Shown here: positions 12,091 to 25,478 of the stretch, in pieces | How the letters are laid out: every line of letters starts with the position of its first letter | Numbering within the stretch: the first letter of the stretch is position 1 | DNA from: Octopus sinensis | Lineage: Eukaryota | Assembly (NCBI RefSeq): GCF_006345805.1 | Contig: NW_021833850.1 | Span: forward strand, 8,210-72,209 | Length of the DNA: 64,000 bases | Direction of reading: 5' to 3' | Notes under the pieces: generated by a model | Seen by the model: the letters and a program-made list of their open reading frames with translations, nothing else | The model's database searches: none | What the model was told of the DNA's origin: nothing | Translations under genes and position numbers: made by a program

Positions 12091-12444
12091 ACGTACATGA
12101 TTGCTGTCCATTCGTGACCGAAGAAGACTACCACTGACCATTGCCCACGCAAAACGTCCGCAATACCCTAGAGACATGCTTTAACAAAAGCTGAGAGATG
12201 ATACATACATACATACATACATACATACATACATACATACATACATAATGGCAATCGACTCGGGACCAAGTAAGATTACTTCCTAGACCTATTTCTCTCT
12301 AAGAAACAGCTCACGTGGACTTAATCGCAGAACGTAAAACCGGATGTAATACAGCTGATCATTTCGCCCGGCATGCTGACGATTCTGCCATCTCGCCGCC
12401 TTAGTGTGCGCATGTATTATCAGTGAATGTACCTAATGTGGGTG

Positions 12445-12625
12445 TGTGTCCTAGTGGTTAGGGTCCTGCATTGAAGATCGTGAGATCATGAGGTCAATTT
12501 CCGGACGGAGAAATGTTCTTGAGCAAAACTCTTCAACACACGTAAGTCTGCGATCACTTTGATATCTGAGGTGTGGCACACCGTGAACAGGCACTGTCGA
12601 TTTGATGGGGAGAATGACCCAATGT
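12445..12625 (+). mobile_element. Old tRNA-derived SINE (family D-like)
   Basis: cctagtggttagggtc...gaggtcaatttcc...gttcttgagcaaaactcttc. Confidence 0.55.
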
Positions 12626-12636
12626 GCAAATAGCAC

Positions 12637-12808
12637 GCAGGAGTGACTGTGTGGTAAGTAGCTTGTTTACCAACCACATGGTTCCGGGTTCAGTCCCACT
12701 GCGTGGCATCTTGGGCAAGTGTCTTCTGCTATAGCTCCGGGCCGACCAATGCCTTGTGAGTGGATTTGGTAGACGGAAACTGAAATAATCCCGTCGTATA
12801 TATGTATG

Positions 12809-12845
<37 letters not shown>

Positions 12846-13053
12846 TTGTGTTTGTCCCCCTAGCATTGCTTGACAACCGATGCTGGTGTGTTTACGTCCC
12901 CATCACTTAGCAGTTCGGCAAAAGAGACCGATAGAATAAGTACTGGGCTTACAAAGAATAAGTCCCGGGGTCGATTTGCTCGACTAAAGGCGTTGCTCCA
13001 GCATGGCCGCAGTCAAATGACTGAAACAAGTAAAAGAGTATAAGAGTAAAAGA
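12637..13053 (+). mobile_element. Full-length SINE B (CORE-like head, internal (TA)n(TG)n, LINE-like tail)
   Basis: gcaggagtgactgtgtggtaag...ttgggcaagtgtcttct...ccagcatggccgcagtcaaatgactgaaacaagtaaaagag. Confidence 0.9.
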
Positions 13054-13144
13054 GTTTGATTACTATGAGCAAATCATCTGTGCAAGTTGCTCAGCAAGAA
13101 ATTGCTGAATTTTCAGCAATCATCTGCAACAGGAGAACCCACGG

Positions 13145-13542
13145 TATGTATGTATGTATGTATGTATGTATGTATGTATGTATGTATGTATGTATGTATG
13201 TATGTATGTATGTATGTATGTATGTATGTGTGAGTGCGTGTGTGTGTGTGTGTGTGTGAGTGTGTGCGCGCGCCCGTGCATGCGTGTGTCTGTCTCTCTG
13301 CATGTATGCGTATATGGGCAAATAGCTTTTCAATAGTTCCGTGCAGACTAATGTCTTGTGAGTTGATGAGAAAAGTGCTGAAGCTCGTTGAACGCACCCA
13401 CACACACACATAGTGTTTAGCATAAAATAACAAATATGCTTACTGTATTTTGATGCTTCGCGTCGTACTGCACAGGAGAGGAGTGTCAGACGTACTACTG
13501 AACCCGAATTTCCGTTACGTGTCACGCTTTACAGCGCATATG

Positions 13543-13582
<40 letters not shown>

Positions 13583-13671
13583 CACACCACACACACTCTA
13601 TTGTCTCTCTCCCTATATATATCTATATGTATGTATATATGTATGTATGCATGTTTGTATGTATATATCTA

Positions 13672-13704
<33 letters not shown>

Positions 13705-13715
13705 CTCTCTCTCAC

Positions 13716-13756
<41 letters not shown>

Positions 13757-13757
13757 A

Positions 13758-13852
<95 letters not shown>

Positions 13853-13900
13853 ATATATAATATATATATATGTATGTATGTATGTATGTGTATGTGTGTG
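13145..13900. repeat. Microsatellite cluster (TATG, TG, TC, TCTA, TA)
   Basis: Directly visible. Confidence 0.95.
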
Positions 13901-14304
13901 TGCAGAGGCTTTAATAGTAGGTCATAACATTTGTTTCTGCGTCATACACCAGCTTTAAGTTGCTGAGTTTATATTCATATACCATTAGACAAGGTCAATC
14001 TTTATAATTGCGATTTTTCTGAATATTCAGGGTATATGACGTACATTTCTTTCAACCAATCAGATTGTTAGATTCTCCTGGAATGCAAGCATAAACATAT
14101 AACTAAACTTACGATAATATCACCAACAATAATAATAATAACAGAAATAAGACGACTTCCAAGGCTTCTTGAGTGGAGGTGGTTGTTAAATAAAAATGTT
14201 AGCAACGCCTTTTACTAAGCGGTGGACGAGGTTTCAGAAGAGAAAATATAAAATAAAATTAAAATTATAGAAATATATTTTATAAATAAATGTGTGTGTG
14301 TATA

Positions 14305-14470
14305 TCTCTTATATAAAATCCGTTCTGTCTGTCTGTCTTCTCGGGTCTCGGGCATCCTCCATCCGATTGCGCTCAAATTCGATATGTAGATACCGACGGT
14401 ATCAGGGCGTGGATAAGTCTTGAAAAAATTACAAAAATCGATTCCAGGTGAGAATGCGATCGATAAAGCC
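14305..14470 (+). mobile_element. Helitron-N 5' end fragment
   Basis: A|TCTCTTATATAAAATCC...ctgtctgtctgtc...ccgattgcgctcaaattc. Confidence 0.6.
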
Positions 14471-14886
14471 GTTTTTGTCCTGCTTTTCTTCCGTCAACCT
14501 GTACATAACTGCACCTTCCATTTTTTGTTGTTTTTGTACTGCTTAAATGCACGTTTCTTTCCTGCCAAGCTTTCTGTTTAAACCATGTTTCTGTTGTCGC
14601 AGTCAACAGCCCTATCATTACTGGTACTTTAAATTCTTCGGTTGCATATTTGTGTGAATAAAATCATTTTTCTTTGGAATAGAAAAAAAGTCGATCTTTA
14701 TTTCTTCTTTTGCTGGTGTCTCAAATTTAGGTTAAATTAGTGTTTCTCAAAGGGGAGGCCTATGGGACAGTCGGACAAGTTGTTTTGAGAAAATTTGGTT
14801 TAAATGTTTGACAACTCAGCACCGTCCATTGGATGGAGACGTTTTGCTCGTATATACATATAAAGTCATACATGAAAAAGAAATTG

Positions 14887-15137
14887 ACGAAATTTTATTT
14901 AACAATAGGAAATTCAAATATCACGACAAATTATTGTGTAACTTAAAAATATATAAATAATTTATGTTATTATATTTAATAATAAATAAATAAATTACTG
15001 TATTTTGCATTAATGCAGACATGTAAGTAATTTATTTATTATTGAATATAATAATATAAATTATTTATATGTTTTTAAGTTACGAAACAATTTGTTGTGA
15101 TATATGAAATTTCTTACTGTTAAATAAAATTTCATCA
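14887..15137. repeat. AT-rich foldback, arms about 110 bp
   Basis: 14887-14999 is the reverse complement of about 15025-15137. Confidence 0.85.
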
Positions 15138-15286
15138 AACTATTTCTCTGTCATTTATGATTTTATACACACCTTATCCTTTCATCTTGTATCGTAATAT
15201 ATATTCTATATGTTTTGCAGAATAATACAGCAAGGGGCTTCATTGTATGAGTACTACCGGAGTACTTGAATCCATATACTGTGACT

Positions 15287-15391
<105 letters not shown>

Positions 15392-15439
15392 TATATATAA
15401 TATATATATATATATATCTCTATATATATATATATATAT

Positions 15440-15511
<72 letters not shown>

Positions 15512-15546
15512 GAAAGTTGGTTTGTGAAAGGACGTGGTTGAATATA

Positions 15547-16031
<485 letters not shown>

Positions 16032-16032
16032 T

Positions 16033-16080
16033 ACTAGCAGATACCAGGCGTTGCACGGGATTAAAATGGCATAGTTTTTT
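16033..16080 (-). mobile_element. Helitron 3' end
   Basis: Minus strand cccgtgcaacgcctgg hairpin followed by CTAG|T. Confidence 0.65.
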
Positions 16081-16755
16081 AATTGTTTTACTTGTTTCGG
16101 TTATGTGACTGCAGACATGCTGGAGCACACGCGTTAGTCGAAGAAATTAAACCCATGATTTATTCTTTGTAAACCTAGTACTTATTCTGTCGGAGGGTTT
16201 TGCCAAACGGCTAAGTTAAGAGGACATAAACATAGCAACATCGGTTGTCAAGTGATGGTGGGGGTAGACAAACACACACACACACATATATATGATATAT
16301 ATGCATATATATATACATACATATATATACACACATATATATGAATACATATATATATACATATATATATACACATATATACATATATATATAAATATAT
16401 ATATACATGGATATACATATGTATAATATACACATATATACATATATATATAATATATATATACATGGATATACATATGTATATATATACACATATATAC
16501 ATATACATGTATATATATATACATATATATATGTACATATATATACATGTATGTATACATGTATATATATATATACATATATGTATATACACAGTATATA
16601 TATGCATATATACATATATATATATATATATATGTGCGTGTGTGTGTGTGTATACATAGTACAAAGTATGATAGGGGTTATGGGTGTAACCCACTATGGG
16701 ATATCATTAATCCAATATAGTGTTGGTAAAGTACCCCCGCAAGCCGGGATAAGGC

Positions 16756-16803
16756 ACCTGAAGACACGTGTTTCTGAGTGCATTGCTCATCGTCAGTTCA
16801 GGT
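16756..16803 (-). ncRNA. Type I minimal hammerhead ribozyme, intact core (HHR1)
   Basis: ACCUGAA CUGACGA UGAG caaugca CUCA GAA ACACGUGU C UUCAGGU: stem I 7 bp, stem II 4 bp, palindromic stem III, GUC cleavage triplet. Confidence 0.85.
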
Positions 16804-16883
16804 TGGCCTGCTTCACTCGCTGAGATGACTGCAAATTTAGTTACTGATCACCGAAATTAGAAATATTGAATTTCTAAATGCAC

Positions 16884-16927
16884 CTGAAGACATATGTTTC
16901 TGAGTGTACTGCTCATCGTCAGTTCAG
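16884..16927 (-). ncRNA. Type I minimal hammerhead ribozyme, intact core (HHR2)
   Basis: CUGAA CUGACGA UGAG caguaca CUCA GAA ACAUAUGU C UUCAG: stem I 5 bp, palindromic stem III, GUC triplet. Confidence 0.83.
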
Positions 16928-17166
16928 AAACATATGTCTTCAGGTGCCTTGTCTCGGCTTGCGGGGGTGATTGCCCCCCCCCTTTGCAAATATAAGGACA
17001 CAGAAAATGTGTCAAAGCCGACAGGAGACGTCGATGTTTCCTAGGGCTAAATGGCGGTGGAATAATTCTCATACGGGACTGTCACGTTGAGTTGACAGTA
17101 TACGACCACTATATCGCTTCACCACCGCTTATGTCTCTCTGAGACATTTAGAAATTCAATATTTCC

Positions 17167-17249
<83 letters not shown>

Positions 17250-17291
17250 GATATAATGTATGTATGTATGTTATGTATGTATATAATATAT

Positions 17292-17335
<44 letters not shown>

Positions 17336-17524
17336 TAATCCAAACATGAAAACACCAAAGAGAAAACACAACAACGCGAGGCCGTGGAACAAATATTGTA
17401 TTATTGGACGCTCAGGAAGGAGGAAAGAAGTATGCTTATACACACACACACACACACCACACAACAACACAACACACATACACACCACACACAACACCCA
17501 CACACACACACACACACACACACA

Positions 17525-17571
<47 letters not shown>

Positions 17572-17617
17572 ATATGTTGAGATAAACTTACTTGGAAATA
17601 GATGCAGATGTATAAAC

Positions 17618-17693
<76 letters not shown>

Positions 17694-18244
17694 ATATATA
17701 TGTGTGTATTATATACATATATACATATATATTATACATACATTTATAATATATATATATATATATATTATATTATATAAGGGCTTAGTAAAAATAAACT
17801 TTGCCACATACTGAACTCATTAGAAATAGCAGCTAAAGAAATTTCTTCAGCTATTTCTAATACTTAAAGAAGATCTCTCTCAGATAGTGTTTGCCTAAAC
17901 TAACTCACAAAAGTATGGGGGAAAAAACATTAAAAAATCAAGTGCAATGGTTATTTGAGAACGTACGTTTCTAGATTAGTCAATTCGACATTTCTTTCTT
18001 CAGCTCAGAATTCCTTGAATCGGATTTGGGAACACTGAAAGTCGGGAGCATACCCTTTCGGCTTCTAATCACCTCTAGAATTCTGCTCGAACTAAAAGTG
18101 CTATCAAATTCGAATATGCAAGCGAAGAATTTCTGCTCTCCCCTTGCATATATGCACATATATACATATAAATCTCTATATTTGCATCTATACATATACA
18201 TCTAATCATATACATCTCTCTCTATATGTATATACACTATATAC

Positions 18245-18289
<45 letters not shown>

Positions 18290-18639
18290 ATATACATACA
18301 TATATATGTGCACATCATATATGCACAATGTACATGCATACATATATATGTACACATATATGTATATCATATAAATACATACATGTATACATATAATATA
18401 CATATAAATCTATATATACACATGTATACATATACATCTATACTTATACATCTATACATATGCATGTATGCATATACATCTATACAAATACATCTATATA
18501 TATATACATATATCTATGTACATACATATGTGCAGGTGTATATATACATATATACATTCATGTATACATATATATTTACGTATTTGTGTGTGTGTGTGTG
18601 TGTATGTGTGTGTGTGTACATGTATATATGTGAGATAAT

Positions 18640-18900
18640 AGTTTCAGTACTAAAACTGAAAATCACATTAAGATAGAGATGTTATTGTTTCACTTTTGAC
18701 ACGTAATATTGAAATATTGTAAGAAATATGAGATTTCTCTGGGCTCGCATTAGGCAAGAAGTTTGGTCCATGACACTGCATGGATCCTAATTAAGGCACG
18801 TATAAAATTTGAATGAAATCGGTTGGGTAGTTCTCGAGTTTTGGTGATGCACACATACATACAGGCAAACACATTCTCAGCTTTATATATATGTATATTC
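18640..18900 (-). mobile_element. Helitron-N 5' portion
   Basis: aaaatttgaatgaaatcggttgggtagttctcgag...catacatacaggcaaacacattctcagctttatatat module. Confidence 0.55.
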
Positions 18901-19269
18901 CCTACTTGTAATTTGCTTCCTCTCTTCATGTTTTATTTCATTTGCCCCCAGTATTCCCAAACACTTATATCACTTCTTTCTCAACTGGTTTCATTGTTTT
19001 CCTATTTGGCAATATCAATTCCCTGGCTTCCTTCAAATCTTCTTCGTTTCATTATCAATATTGCGTAGTTGGCAACCCCCAATTTTATATTTACATTTTG
19101 AAAAATGCTAACAGTGTGTACAAGGCGTTCAAGCTGCTTTTTATTTTTCGCATAAAGCTTTATATCATCCATAAAAAGGGGATGGTGTATCTAACCATAT
19201 CCTTTTCCCAAATCATAAGCTATTTGAATTTCTCGTAATATATGACATAGTGGTATCATGATCAATACA

Positions 19270-20092
19270 AATAGTAATGGAGATAAGCTATCGCCTTGAA
19301 ATATACTACATCTGATGGGGCCCTACCGGTTCGAGACAAACACTACAGGCATGGATGTGCTGTCAAATGAGCTTGTTTGAGGTGCACAGAGAGCGACGAA
19401 ACCGTTCTGCACGCACTCGTACAATGTCCGGGCATTACTGACTTGTGGAGATATGTGGAACACCTGCTGTCCCGTGAGGGACGAATTTGTCTGCCGGCTG
19501 ACTTCATAGTGATGATTGCCCCATCATCCTCCTTTAATTGAGCAGGTAAGGCAATTTTCCTTTGCCTGGTGGTTGTGGCGAAAAATGTTGTCTGATGGAC
19601 GAGTTTGAAGAGTGAGGACAGAAACTTTCCTCTTCGGTAGAGCCCTCATCGATGTTTTCAAGTTTAACTTAAAAGGGAAAGTGAGGGTGGGAGAGGGAGA
19701 AGCTGTCCCCGAGTGAATTTAAACTAAGGGTGGATGAAAGTTGCGAAAATGACAAGAATGGATGATTCTGCTCTAAGTGTAGGCCTGTGACTCAGAAAAA
19801 TGGAATTCGAAAGGGCATTTACCCTTGATGTTCAAGGAAAACTTGGACGGTGGAGTTTCCTGATTATCCCTAGAAATCTTCCTGTGTCTGGAGGACCACG
19901 TTATCATTATACATTTTTCTTCCTTTTTATTTTATTGTTGTACACGATGTATTCTTCCCTTCTTTGTTTTATTGTATACCATGTATACTTAACTTTTTCT
20001 TATCATTTCATTATATGTAAACCCCAACACTTTATGTCTGTTCTTGTTTTGTCCCCCTCATCCTTCATCCCTGTGGCAAATTGAAGAAATCA
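19270..20092 (+). pseudogene. Tx1/L1-like LINE 3' end (ORF2 zinc finger plus 3' UTR)
   Basis: GALPVRDKHYRHG...CLRCTESDETVLHALVQCPGITDLW, with in-frame stops. Confidence 0.8.
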
Positions 20093-20754
20093 TCACCATC
20101 ATCATATTTCTTACTGAGTATGTTCCTGATATTTAGAGCAGAGAAACGTTTAATATACAGTATGTTCACTTACAAAGTTATGTGATAGAGAAAAAGGGGA
20201 AGAAAGACAGAGAGAAAAAAAAGGAAAAAAATAAAAAGGTAAACAAAGAAAATAAAGAGGAAAAAGGGAAAGAAATTTCATAGTGACAATGCTCTTCTCA
20301 AAACGTGTGACATAGCAGTTAAGACAATCTTTTGCATTCCCTGCATTGGTGGTGGTGGTGGTGCGTGTGTGTGTGTGTGTGTGTGTACATGTATATATGT
20401 GAGATAATAGTTTCAGTACTAAAACTGAAAATCACATTAAGATCGATATGTTATTGTTTCACCTTTGACACGTAATATTGAAATAGTGTAAGAAATATGA
20501 GATTTCTCTGGGCTCGCATTAGGCAAGAAGTTTGGTCCATGACACTGCATGGATCCTAATTATGGATCATGCTTAAATAATTTTCTCTTCCTTACATAAT
20601 TTTCAGCTCCTACAATCACTGGTATTGTAACCGTCTTGAGATGCTACATCTTTTCGATTTCGATTAGCAGATCTTTACATTTTCTGAGCTTATCAAATTC
20701 TTTTGCCGAGATATTATGGTCACAGGGTATGCTCAAGTCAATCAGATCTTTCTA

Positions 20755-20858
<104 letters not shown>

Positions 20859-20868
20859 AGTATCTAAA

Positions 20869-21107
20869 GGCGGCGAGCTGGCAAAATTGTTAGCACGCCG
20901 GGCGAAATGCTTGGCGGTATTTCGTCTGCCGCTACGTTCTGAGTTCAAATTCCGCCGAGGTCGACTTTGCCTTTCATCCTTTCGGGGTCGATTAAATAAG
21001 TACCACTTACGCACTGGGGTCGATATAACCGACTTAATCCGTTTGTCTGTCTTTGTTTGTCCTCTCTGTGTTTAGCCCCTTGTGGGTAGTAAAGAAATCG
21101 GTATTTT
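20869..21107 (+). mobile_element. SINE A, long-tail monomer
   Basis: Full head; ends aaagaaatcggtatttt. Confidence 0.92.
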
Positions 21108-21149
21108 GTTAAGGAAACGAAACCGTCCTGCATTAAGTCGTTCAGTGTC

Positions 21150-21840
21150 CATGTTTTAGAAAGTTGTGAGATTGTGTGGAGCTGTCATTGTTGCATGTAA
21201 GACGAATTCAGTTGACTGCCGAGTGTATAGTGAAGATCGATGCACCATCTTCCCTCGGCAGAGAAGGGAGGCGGATCTTTCTCTGCTTAGTTGCTATGGC
21301 AAAAGAGGCTGGTGTGGTGGACCCGTCTGAAAGCTTTGAAGACAAGCATTTTCCTATTTGCCCAAGACCTCATTAATTTTTTCAAATATTGTTTGAAGGA
21401 GAAGGTGAGGGTAGAGAGGGAGTTGCCTTCTAGTATGTTTATCAAAAAGTGGTCGACAGTGGCAAGACTGGTGAGACTGAATGGTTCTACTCTGAATATG
21501 CTTTTCTAAGCAGGAGGAAAGAAACTAGAAAAGAACACTTTCCAATGCCTTGGGGATAGCAGAGTAACCCGGGATTTTTGCGCAGGGTTACTCTGGATTA
21601 CCTTAAGTGGACTGCCCAGATAGTGGGGATTCTATTTATTTATTTATTATTTATTTCTCTAATTTCTGTTTGATATCCTTTGTTCTATCCTTTAATGTGG
21701 TAGTATCTTCCTTTGATCGATGTAAACCCCACCTGTTTCTGTCTTTATTTTGTTTCCTGTGTTGTAACCCGTACTTCGATATTGTCCTCTATATGTTGGG
21801 CCCTTGAGGCCAATAAAAGAAATTATTATTATTATTGTTG
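21150..21840 (+). pseudogene. Second Tx1/L1-like 3' end
   Basis: RIQLTAECIVKIDAPSSLGREGRRIFLCLVAMAKE is paralogous to the 19270 copy; ends AATAAAAGAA(ATT)n. Confidence 0.75.
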
Positions 21841-22223
21841 TTCTTACTAGTGCTGCTGCTGCTGCTGCTGCTTAACCCCAAATCTGTCTTTCCCGCCAGC
21901 CCTATCACCAAGGATTTCTAGATGCACAAATCTACATATCTAGGATTACACTATCCATTGTGATTCTCCTTCTCCACAACGATTGGTTATAATTTGTGAG
22001 AGATTTAGTTTGGCATTAAGAATCCCACGATAACTCGCTTAGATATGTGTTGTTAATGACGAAAGGAAATCGACGTTGTTGTTACAGGTGTATTTCCTTC
22101 ATATATGTTGGCAATTGTTTAAAGATCTCAGGGTTATTTAAACTTGAAACACAAAAAGTAAATATACACTCTTACATAGAATGTGACTTATATCGAACGC
22201 GTGCGCGCGTAGATAGATAGATG

Positions 22224-22304
<81 letters not shown>

Positions 22305-22453
22305 AAGGACAGACAGCTAGATAGAGAGACAGATAATTTAGACACAAATTGTAAATGTTTAATTGATTTTTAGCCACGGTGTGCAGAAGTGACTATATTG
22401 TTCATACGTGTGTATAGACATTAGTCAAAACCAATGCGGAGTCGTTAACTGGA

Positions 22454-22685
22454 CAGGTATACATATTCGTGTTAATTTGTTCCCGGAGACCGCTCGTAAA
22501 GCGAAAAATCGTAAAGTAAGGCAATAATTTCCCGTAGTAGCAATGTTATAAATCGTAATTCGTTCCTAGAAAAATATTTTACCTATAAAATTTATAATAC
22601 TCGTAAATAAATGACAATAAAACAACAGAATGTAAAGAATATTTTATGTAACGTAAAAGAATGTCAAGAACATTTATAATAATAC

Positions 22686-22719
<34 letters not shown>

Positions 22720-23265
22720 TTAATAATAATAATAATAATAAATAATGTAGAGGCGCAATGGACTAGTGGTTAGGGCAGCGGACTCGCGGCGCAGGATCGC
22801 GGTTTCGATTCTCAGACCGGGCGTTGTGTGTGTTTATTGAGCGAAACACCTAAAAAGCTCTACGAGGCTCCGGCAGGGGTGGTGTTCCCTGCTGTACTCT
22901 TTCACCACAATGGCGGTGCCCCAGCATGGCCACAGCTCAAGAGCTGAAACTGGAAAAACAAAAACAACAAAACAATAATAATAATAATAATTATTATTAT
23001 TATTATTATTATTATCGTTTTCTGAATCACTTTCACTCGCTCATAGACATACTTGTAAGTTTCTTTTTTAAAAAACAAGTGTTGAGTTGTTTGCTTAGAA
23101 TAAGCCTTAGAAGAAGCCCCTATAAATTACTCGGTAGTTCGCAGAAGCATTTGTTATGGTAGTAAAAACGTTTGCACTTCGTTCACAGAATGGCTGTTTA
23201 ACCTTTTTATATCTATCATAAAATAAAACTCGTAAAGCGGATCCTCGTAAAGTGAGGTATTACTG
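22454..23265. mobile_element. pogo/Tigger-like MITE with nested SINE and (TAA)n
   Basis: Left cagg...ttcgtgttaatttgttcc...ctcgtaaagcg; right ctcgtaaagtgaggtattactg|TA. Confidence 0.55.
22747..22965 (+). mobile_element. SINE C 5' part fused to a different 3' tail
   Basis: gtagaggcgcaatggactagtggttagggcagcggactcg...ttcaccacaa|tggcggtgccccagcatggcc. Confidence 0.75.
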
Positions 23266-24085
23266 TATTAGTAAACTGAATGGTTGTTTATCTACAAGTG
23301 ATGTTTGAACTTGCAGACCTGTATTCAAAGAAACCCCAGCCGTGACAACGCCATTTTTTATATTTTTTCAAATACAGCGTATCAAACACTACAGAATTTT
23401 CTACATTTTAACTTCTTGCTTGTTATGTGTATCACATGTAATGCACAGGACATATTTCCTCGGCGTCCAAGCATCATGTGTGATACACATTTTCTATGCT
23501 TTTCAACTACTAGAGTAACTTGGATCTCATGAAAGGAAAGCTTCATATTATTCAGAACGTATGAAACAAGAGCTAAGTAAATGTCTGAAAACAAGTATAG
23601 ACATTGAGGACAAAGTTATGAAAATGCTTTCAACTAGTAAAGAGTTAATCACGCAGAGTCTACAAAATGCGACTCAAACAATTCATCTGTAGACACAGGG
23701 TGTCACATACTGAATGCATGAAAAAAAAAATGCTAAATCATCACTGGAGTAATATTTAACTGGAAAGTTGATCCTCGATGTTCATCTATTCAATTATCTC
23801 TGTTTTGCGACTCAAAATAACTTCTATTGGAAAATTATTGTTCTTTCCTCTTTTGCTTCTTGCTTCAGTCGTTGGACTGCAGTCTTAATGGGATTAAAAA
23901 CCGCCTTGGACGGTTTTAATCGAACAAATCGACTCCAGTACTTATTGTTAAAGTCTGGTACTTCGGCCTCTTCTGCCGAACAGCTAGATTATGTGAACGT
24001 CAACAAAGAAACACAGGTTGTCGTTGTCATGTGGAGGATGGACAGATACAAACACATTGACGCACACTTGTATATTTGTGTGTGC

Positions 24086-24119
<34 letters not shown>

Positions 24120-24123
<4 letters not shown>

Positions 24124-24330
24124 AGAGTTTACGAAAAAAACAAAAGACGAAGACAGGTGGTGTACAAAACAAACAGATGTATTAGTATAACGCTCAGGAA
24201 TAGAAAAAGTCTTTTACGTTTCGAGCCTACGCTCTTCTACAGAAAGGGGCACAGAAAAAACAAGGAGAGAAACAAGGAGAGAAAAAAAGGAGAGAAAAAA
24301 GGGAGAGAAAAAATGTGTGTAGTGACTAAC
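24120..24330 (-). mobile_element. Penelope-like terminal repeat with a degenerate hammerhead (24209-24246)
   Basis: Minus strand: cuuu CUGUAGA a gagc guag gcuc GAA ACGU A aaag. The conserved A6 position is U. Confidence 0.6.
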
Positions 24331-25150
24331 GATCTATCATCTCTTATTATAAAAGGCAGATTTTATCTGCCTCCCTTTGGGAGTTATACAAATCTACAAT
24401 ATAGGATTTCTTCAATTACAATTTACCTAGCATTTTTAAGAGTACAATGCATCGCGTCATGCCAGGTCCAGTTTTTAAAATTTAAACTCCAATTAAGCAA
24501 AATTTACAGAAAACTCACATTCTGGTGTGTGTGTCAAATGCTTTTCTTAGTCTGGTTTACACCACACGCAAACGCACACACACAGTGTGCAACGAATAAA
24601 ATGAAAGTAAATAGCGACAGAGTGATTTGAGGAAGACTAAACTGAAAGTATATACGACAGTGTCAATTGTTGACAGACATTGTAAGCTAACGTGTGTGCG
24701 TGTCTGGTGTGTGTGTGCGTGTGTCTGTGCGTGTGTGTCTGTGTGTGTGTGTGTGTGTGATATTTTAATATATCACTCCGAAAGCATTGATGTACATGTG
24801 TGCGTGCGTGAGTGTGTGTGTGTCATTCCTCACACACGCATACACATACATATACAACTACATACAACTACATACACATACAACTACATACAAACACGTG
24901 TGTGTTTGTTATTAGTAAAAAAGGCGCCAAATCACAACTCACTTATCATTCCAACACATTTGCAAAGACACACGGACGGACAGAAAAGGTAAATTGGTTT
25001 TCATTTTACTCTGTATATATTTTATTATATAATATTATATATAGATATATGTATATATAATTGCAGTATGAAACAGTGTTTATGTATAAACAGACGACAC
25101 TTATATATAGTTATTATAATAAGAGATAATAAATGTATGCATCCGTTTAA

Positions 25151-25478
25151 CCCTTTCGTTACCAAGCCGCCGAATTTACCTATTCATATTTAAATGAGAA
25201 TATAACAGCAATCTCTTTAGTACATTCGTGAAAAACACGTATTATACTTCGTAAACACTTCAACTACAGTTTTGTACAAAAATCGAAGTGTAATTTTAAT
25301 TCCGTGAATTATGGGAGATTTTTTTCCGAAATTGTTTTCCTATTGTGTTTTCAAAATTGTAATTCTGACAAAAAATGGATACGAATTTCATTATATCAAG
25401 CAGTGAGTGAGTCAGAATTCGAAGGATTTTCTACTGAAGACCTTCATAAATCTAACTCTATGACTGAAAAAAAAGCAA
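25151..25478 (+). mobile_element. piggyBac-like left end
   Basis: TTAA|CCCTTTCGTTACC, then an acidic SESEFEGFSTED remnant; truncated by a Helitron. No right TIR seen. Confidence 0.6.

Larger units (their letters stand above)
16735..17165. mobile_element. Hammerhead-bearing non-coding retroelement (PLE pLTR or non-LTR retrozyme-like) with an inverted segment
   Basis: Two tandem HHRs on minus. The plus strand from about 16925 repeats the 3' HHR half and downstream sequence in inverted orientation. 17145-17165 is the reverse complement of 16860-16880. Confidence 0.75.

Noticed and set aside
17980-18130. Open on both strands for about 50 codons
   Set aside because: No motif recognised; probably an unidentified TE fragment.
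18790-18800. taaggcacg matches the miR-124 5' end
   Set aside because: Only 9 nt match, there is no hairpin, and it lies inside a Helitron fragment.
22747-22815. SINE heads (also 36600-36670 and 54670-54740) as tRNA genes
   Set aside because: A/B boxes are present but they continue into SINE bodies with no acceptor-stem closure.
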